The translations under genes and the position numbers were made by a program. From a virus, in the IMG/VR virus record IMGVR_UViG_3300045988_007604, positions 1-40,869 of that record: a stretch of DNA of 40,869 bases, one strand, 5' to 3'. Below are positions 37,865 through 40,869 of the stretch, in pieces (position 1 is the stretch's first letter; each line of letters begins with the position of its first letter). The notes under the pieces were generated by a model that saw only the letters and a list, made by a program, of their open reading frames with translations, was not told the origin of the DNA and did no database searches.

Positions 37865-38241
37865 TCACGCCTCCAAAAATAGATAGGATTTTCGTCCATT
37901 GAGTTCCAAGTATCGTACAAAACGCCGTTTTCCACGGCAACAACGTGGTTTTTCAGCGCGACAACGTAGATCCCGTCAGGGTATTCCCGGATAAAATCGC
38001 CTACGGTATAGCAATCCGGGCATTCCGCCGGGATTGCCGCCCGCCTGAATCCGTGCCGCCGTAACACCGCACCCCATACGTTATTTGCGCTAGGCATATC
38101 GCATTGAGTCAGCCCCTCGCTGGCCAGCTCAACGTAGGATTGGTACCAGTCAATTCCCAGAGCCTTTGCCACAGCTCTGACTGCGCAATCGCCGACTTTC
38201 GCGGCGCGGGGATTTGGATTAAAGCTTTGAAATTCAGCCAT
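37861..38241 (-). CDS. Hypothetical protein (126 aa) with conserved GDC..RA motif, first gene of the cargo operon
   Basis: ATG 38241 (RBS AAGGGGG; the ORF-track start at 38247 is a TTG). Motifs KVGDCAVRAVAKALG, PSANNVWGAVLRRHGF, CPDCYTVGDF and YDTWNS. Confidence 0.6.
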   Translation of the reverse strand: MAEFQSFNPNPRAAKVGDCAVRAVAKALGIDWYQSYVELASEGLTQCDMPSANNVWGAVLRRHGFRRAAIPAECPDCYTVGDFIREYPDGIYVVALKNHVVAVENGVLYDTWNSMDENPIYFWRRE

Positions 38242-38272
38242 AGGCAACGCCCCCTTTCTTCCTATAGAATAA

Positions 38273-38313
38273 CAAAAAAGTCGGTAGGGAAACTCTCGTT
38301 TCCCTACCGACTT
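38273..38313 (-). terminator. Strong rho-independent terminator separating the lysis/regulator genes from the cargo operon
   Basis: Minus strand GTCGGTAGGGAAAC-GAGA-GTTTCCCTACCGAC (14 bp perfect, extendable by two A-T pairs) followed by TTTTTTG. Confidence 0.85.
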
Positions 38314-38339
38314 ACAATCACATATCCTTCAAAAAGCTA

Positions 38340-38576
38340 TCAGAAGTCTATGTTTTTTGGGAGTATGTAGCTATACTCCTGCACACTGTTATAGGAGTTT
38401 TTCAACTTCCTAATGTACCTATCTAATGTGGCAAGGGACATGCCGTAAGCGTGGCACTGCTGTACACGGCTCCATCCGGCGGCTCGGGTGCGGATGATCT
38501 TTTCCTCCAGCGGCGTAAGAATCGCCAGGGAACAGAATTCATCCAGAATCACCCGATTCCACGGGACTTTATCCAC
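38340..38576 (-). CDS. Small sigma-region-4/LuxR-like HTH regulator
   Basis: 78 aa from GTG 38576. LTPLEEKIIRTRAAGWSRVQQCHAYGMSLATLDRYIRKLK is HTH-like. No strong RBS seen. Confidence 0.5.
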   Translation of the reverse strand: MDKVPWNRVILDEFCSLAILTPLEEKIIRTRAAGWSRVQQCHAYGMSLATLDRYIRKLKNSYNSVQEYSYILPKNIDF

Positions 38577-38584
38577 TTATCACA

Positions 38585-38842
38585 TCAGTCCTCCTTGGGA
38601 GAAATGTAAGTTCTTGCCTGTTTGCTGTCAGCGATACCGGCGGTGGTAGGATCATTGACCACGCCCAGGATCACCAGCAGGGCAAACACGGCGTTCACCA
38701 CGGCCAGCAGCTTGTCGCCGATCTCGCCCAAGTCCAGCGTAAAGCCGAACAGGGCGGCTACCGTCTGCACCAGCAGAAGCAGCGCGGGAATCGCGGCCAG
38801 CCAGAAGTTCTTGTTCTTGATGCGTACGATCCAGTTAATCAT
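38585..38842 (-). CDS. Holin (phiLC3-type)
   Basis: 85 aa from ATG 38842 (RBS GGAGGAAAACAAA). MINWIVRIKNKNFWLAAIPALLLLVQTVAALFG is the characteristic N-terminus. A second TM is AVFALLVILGVV. Confidence 0.75.
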   Translation of the reverse strand: MINWIVRIKNKNFWLAAIPALLLLVQTVAALFGFTLDLGEIGDKLLAVVNAVFALLVILGVVNDPTTAGIADSKQARTYISPKED

Positions 38843-38855
38843 TTTGTTTTCCTCC

Positions 38856-39128
38856 TTATTCTTCCACAATTTTCCGATTTGTGGATTTGATGTAGAAGTC
38901 CTCGTAGAGTTCCTGCTTGTCTCCGTTGTATGTATATTCCACATACACACCATCACCGGAAACGGTAGTCGAAAGCAACGCTTTGTAGTTCTGCAACGTC
39001 TTGCACGCCCAAACTACAAATACATTGCTGAGGTCGATTTGCGTGGATTCTCCCATTATAACATTATAATGCTCCACGAGCTTTCGCTTGCACACGCTCT
39101 GAAAGTGATCCATTCCTGTGATAATCAT
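38856..39128 (-). CDS. Hypothetical protein (90 aa) inside the lysis cassette
   Basis: RBS AAGGAGGAAAACAAAAA. No motif recognized and no TM segment. Confidence 0.55.
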   Translation of the reverse strand: MIITGMDHFQSVCKRKLVEHYNVIMGESTQIDLSNVFVVWACKTLQNYKALLSTTVSGDGVYVEYTYNGDKQELYEDFYIKSTNRKIVEE

Positions 39129-39150
39129 TTTTTGTTTTCCTCCTTAAAAA

Positions 39151-39456
39151 TCAGCCCAGCCCAAGCCGGGCAAGAATAAACCCTACAACAGCGGCCACAA
39201 CGATGTAGATGACCTTTTCCACAACGCCCTTCCACCGCTTGCCGGGTTCGGATTTCAGCTCCTGCACGTCCGCGCAAAGGCTGTCAACCTTATCCCCGGT
39301 AACTTCCACACGTTCAGCCATCACCGCAACAGACGTTGCCAGCGTGTTCAGCGCTTCCGTTTGCTTTTCCAGAGCGTCCAGCCGGTGAGAGTTGGATTTC
39401 CCCCGCTGCTCTACAGCGGAAATCCACTTAGTGATCTCAGCTTCTTCCATTGGCAT
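39151..39456 (-). CDS. xhlA: XhlA-like lysis-associated membrane protein
   Basis: About 100 aa; the likely start is ATG 39450, with GGAG 8 nt upstream. An N-terminal coiled coil plus a single C-terminal TM (VIYIVVAAVVGFILARLGLG) matches XhlA architecture. Confidence 0.65.
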   Translation of the reverse strand: MPMEEAEITKWISAVEQRGKSNSHRLDALEKQTEALNTLATSVAVMAERVEVTGDKVDSLCADVQELKSEPGKRWKGVVEKVIYIVVAAVVGFILARLGLG

Positions 39457-39465
39457 ACTCCATTC

Positions 39466-40080
39466 TCAGCCGTTCCACCGGCTGTATTTTCCGTTGTCCT
39501 CATGAATGCCCCAGCTGTACAGCCCCAGACCGCCCCGCCCGGGGATTTTCTCGGCCTGCACCTCCTGGGCTATGGCATAAAGCTTCTCCGGGGAGATAGC
39601 CCCTGAGAGGTCTGCGGCCTGCCCCGTGGTGTGCAGGGAGTTGGATACCCCGCCCACCTCGGCATTGTGCCGCTTGCACCTCACCCCGGAATTCACATTC
39701 AGGGGAACCCCAGCCCGACGGCGTATCTCATCGGCCATGCGGACGGTTTCCTCTGCGGGCTCTGCGGGGAAGCCGTTGCAGTATTTCCCGCCGCACTGGC
39801 ACCGGAATTCCTCCCGGGTGAAATACTCGATATCATCCCAGAACGTCCCGGTCTTTGGCGCTGTGCTGTCCTCCGGCTTTTCCACCTTTACCGCCGTCCC
39901 GGCAATGGCACCGATGAGCATTTTCTGGGTAGCCGCACCCGGTATCCCATCCACGGTAAGCCCGTAGTCCGCCTGAAACACCCGGACAGCTCCCTGGGTG
40001 TTCCTGCCCTCAATGCCGTCAATCGAGCCGGGAGAATAGCCCAGATAGGTCAACAGGCATTGGATTTGCTTTACCGTCAT
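39466..40080 (-). CDS. Endolysin: N-terminal peptidoglycan-binding domain + C-terminal peptidase M15-type (zinc D-Ala-D-Ala carboxypeptidase-like) domain
   Basis: 204 aa from ATG 40080. The PG_binding_1 pattern is LLTYLGYSPGSIDGIEGRNTQGAVRVFQADYGLTVDGIPG. The M15 pattern is FRCQCGG...SGVRC..HN..VGG...SLHTTGQAADL. Confidence 0.85.
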   Translation of the reverse strand: MTVKQIQCLLTYLGYSPGSIDGIEGRNTQGAVRVFQADYGLTVDGIPGAATQKMLIGAIAGTAVKVEKPEDSTAPKTGTFWDDIEYFTREEFRCQCGGKYCNGFPAEPAEETVRMADEIRRRAGVPLNVNSGVRCKRHNAEVGGVSNSLHTTGQAADLSGAISPEKLYAIAQEVQAEKIPGRGGLGLYSWGIHEDNGKYSRWNG

Positions 40081-40526
40081 ACGTTCACCTCTTCCCAGCC
40101 CTGGGGGTATGCGGACGGCGACCATACATTATTGTCCAACGTGGAGCGGTACACTTTACCGCCCTCCGCGCAGCAGTCTCCCTTATTATAGGGGCTGGTG
40201 GACATGGCGACGAATGGCAACGCTTTTGCTGGATCGGTGCTCCAAGCAAACCCCCACTGTGCAGGAAGTTCCTCTGGCTCCTGGGTGTAGATAGTGCTGT
40301 CATAGGGCTGCACTAGCCGCACCACACGGCCAGCAGACGATTGGCACACAAACCCGGCCTTGCGCTCCAGCATGTTTTTGTTTGCGACAGCAGCCTTGAA
40401 ACTGGGAATGTCGCTATCCGTCGCGTACAGTTCGGTGCCTGTCATGTCCGGGGCTTTCTCCTGCAAGGCAAGCGCGTTCGCCCGCCCCTGGGCATACATG
40501 ATGCTTTTTCTTTCCTCTTGTGTCAC
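40077..40526 (-). CDS. Hypothetical protein (149 aa) with CBM5/12-like C-terminal motif
   Basis: GTG 40526 start (GTGA overlap with the upstream mini-ORF). The C-terminal YNKGDCCAEGGKVYRSTLDNNVWSPSAYPQGWEEV fits the Y.aGd.V...G.vY......WsP....W pattern of CBM5/12 modules. Confidence 0.55.
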   Translation of the reverse strand: MTQEERKSIMYAQGRANALALQEKAPDMTGTELYATDSDIPSFKAAVANKNMLERKAGFVCQSSAGRVVRLVQPYDSTIYTQEPEELPAQWGFAWSTDPAKALPFVAMSTSPYNKGDCCAEGGKVYRSTLDNNVWSPSAYPQGWEEVNV

Positions 40527-40645
40527 AGACTGTCAACCCCTTTCTTGTAGGCTTCATCCAGCTCTTTAAGCTGTTCCTCGCCGCCGCTGGATTTCATTTC
40601 CTCGATTTTTGCGAGAATAGCGTTTTTGCGTTCTTCTATGGTCAC
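40523..40645 (-). CDS. Candidate mini-ORF (40 aa) between fibre-adjacent genes
   Basis: GTG 40645 (GTGA overlap with the upstream stop). Translation VTIEERKNAILAKIEEMKSSGGEEQLKELDEAYKKGVDSL. Coupled at both ends. Speculative. Confidence 0.35.
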   Translation of the reverse strand: MTIEERKNAILAKIEEMKSSGGEEQLKELDEAYKKGVDSL

Positions 40646-40869
40646 GCTTTATTCACCCCCAGAGCGGTTTCGATTTCAGACAATGCCGATTCGTATTCGG
40701 CATTCTTCTTCAACGCCTCTTCCAGCGGGGTGAGGATTTCCACACCATCCCGATAGAATTTACCATTGCTGTAGGTATCGCCGATAGCCACGGGGCGGTC
40801 TGCGGGGTTGATTAGGGATTCAGTTTCAGGCTCGGAATCGGAGCACCACAGCATGTTGGCAACTACTCC
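40642..40869 (-). CDS. C-terminal part of the junction-spanning 86-aa protein (see 1..110)
   Basis: The ORF-track entry 40642..40854 starts at an internal Met. The frame stays open to the window end and joins 78..110 through the duplicated 77 nt. Confidence 0.7.
   Translation of the reverse strand, partial: GVVANMLWCSDSEPETESLINPADRPVAIGDTYSNGKFYRDGVEILTPLEEALKKNAEYESALSEIETALGVNKA
40793..40869. repeat. Terminal direct repeat, copy 2 (identical to 1..77)
   Basis: See copy 1. Confidence 0.95.

Larger units (their letters stand above)
1..40869. mobile_element. Complete temperate siphovirus-type phage genome, circularly closed contig (window = one circle plus a 77-nt overlap)
   Basis: Full set of phage modules is present: integrase/repressor switch, recombination/replication, terminase, portal, capsid, tail and lysis. 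attP carries a tRNA 3' fragment. Window ends are identical over 77 nt and one ORF reads through the junction. No flanking host genes. Confidence 0.85.

Overview
The window is one complete, circularly closed genome of a temperate siphovirus-type phage. The first 77 nt are identical to the last 77 nt, leaving about 40,792 bp unique. Gene families suggest a Gram-positive, probably Clostridia-like, host.

Nearly all genes lie on the minus strand. Reading that strand downward from about 30.2 kb:
- Switch and early genes: a Cro-like gene, small HTH and membrane proteins, and a lipoprotein.
- Recombination and replication: a YqaJ exonuclease / RecT / SSB module, RusA, and a DnaD-like replisome organizer with internal iterons.
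- Modification and anti-restriction cluster: Dam methylase, a small radical-SAM protein, Lar and an ASCH protein.
- Small Cys-rich early/middle proteins, then a sigma-region-4-like late regulator.
- A terminator plus a tRNA-like element, then TerS and TerL.
- Head genes: portal, a MuF head protein fused to an ADP-ribosyltransferase toxin domain followed by a small candidate immunity gene, a displaced HK97-gp10-like protein, scaffold, major capsid and neck proteins.
- Tail genes: tail tube, a G/G-T chaperone pair with a TTTTTTC -1 frameshift site, tape measure, Dit, a Tal-like protein and two fibre proteins.

Across the contig junction the same strand continues:
- Small fibre-adjacent genes.
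- A lysis cassette: PG-binding plus M15 endolysin, XhlA-like protein and phiLC3-type holin.
- A small HTH regulator and a strong terminator.
- A seven-gene cargo operon of unusual low-complexity, Cys-rich and beta-rich proteins.
- An acr-aca-like cassette: a consensus promoter with an embedded palindrome, a very acidic small protein and an HTH protein.
- attP, which carries the 3' end of a tRNA.

The plus strand carries only the lysogeny side: a CI-like repressor, an AT-rich SAP-domain moron with its own promoter, a membrane-anchored HTH protein, a tyrosine integrase, and one small TM protein with a consensus promoter inside the early region.

All functional calls rest on motif recognition by eye and on gene order. 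No database search was run.
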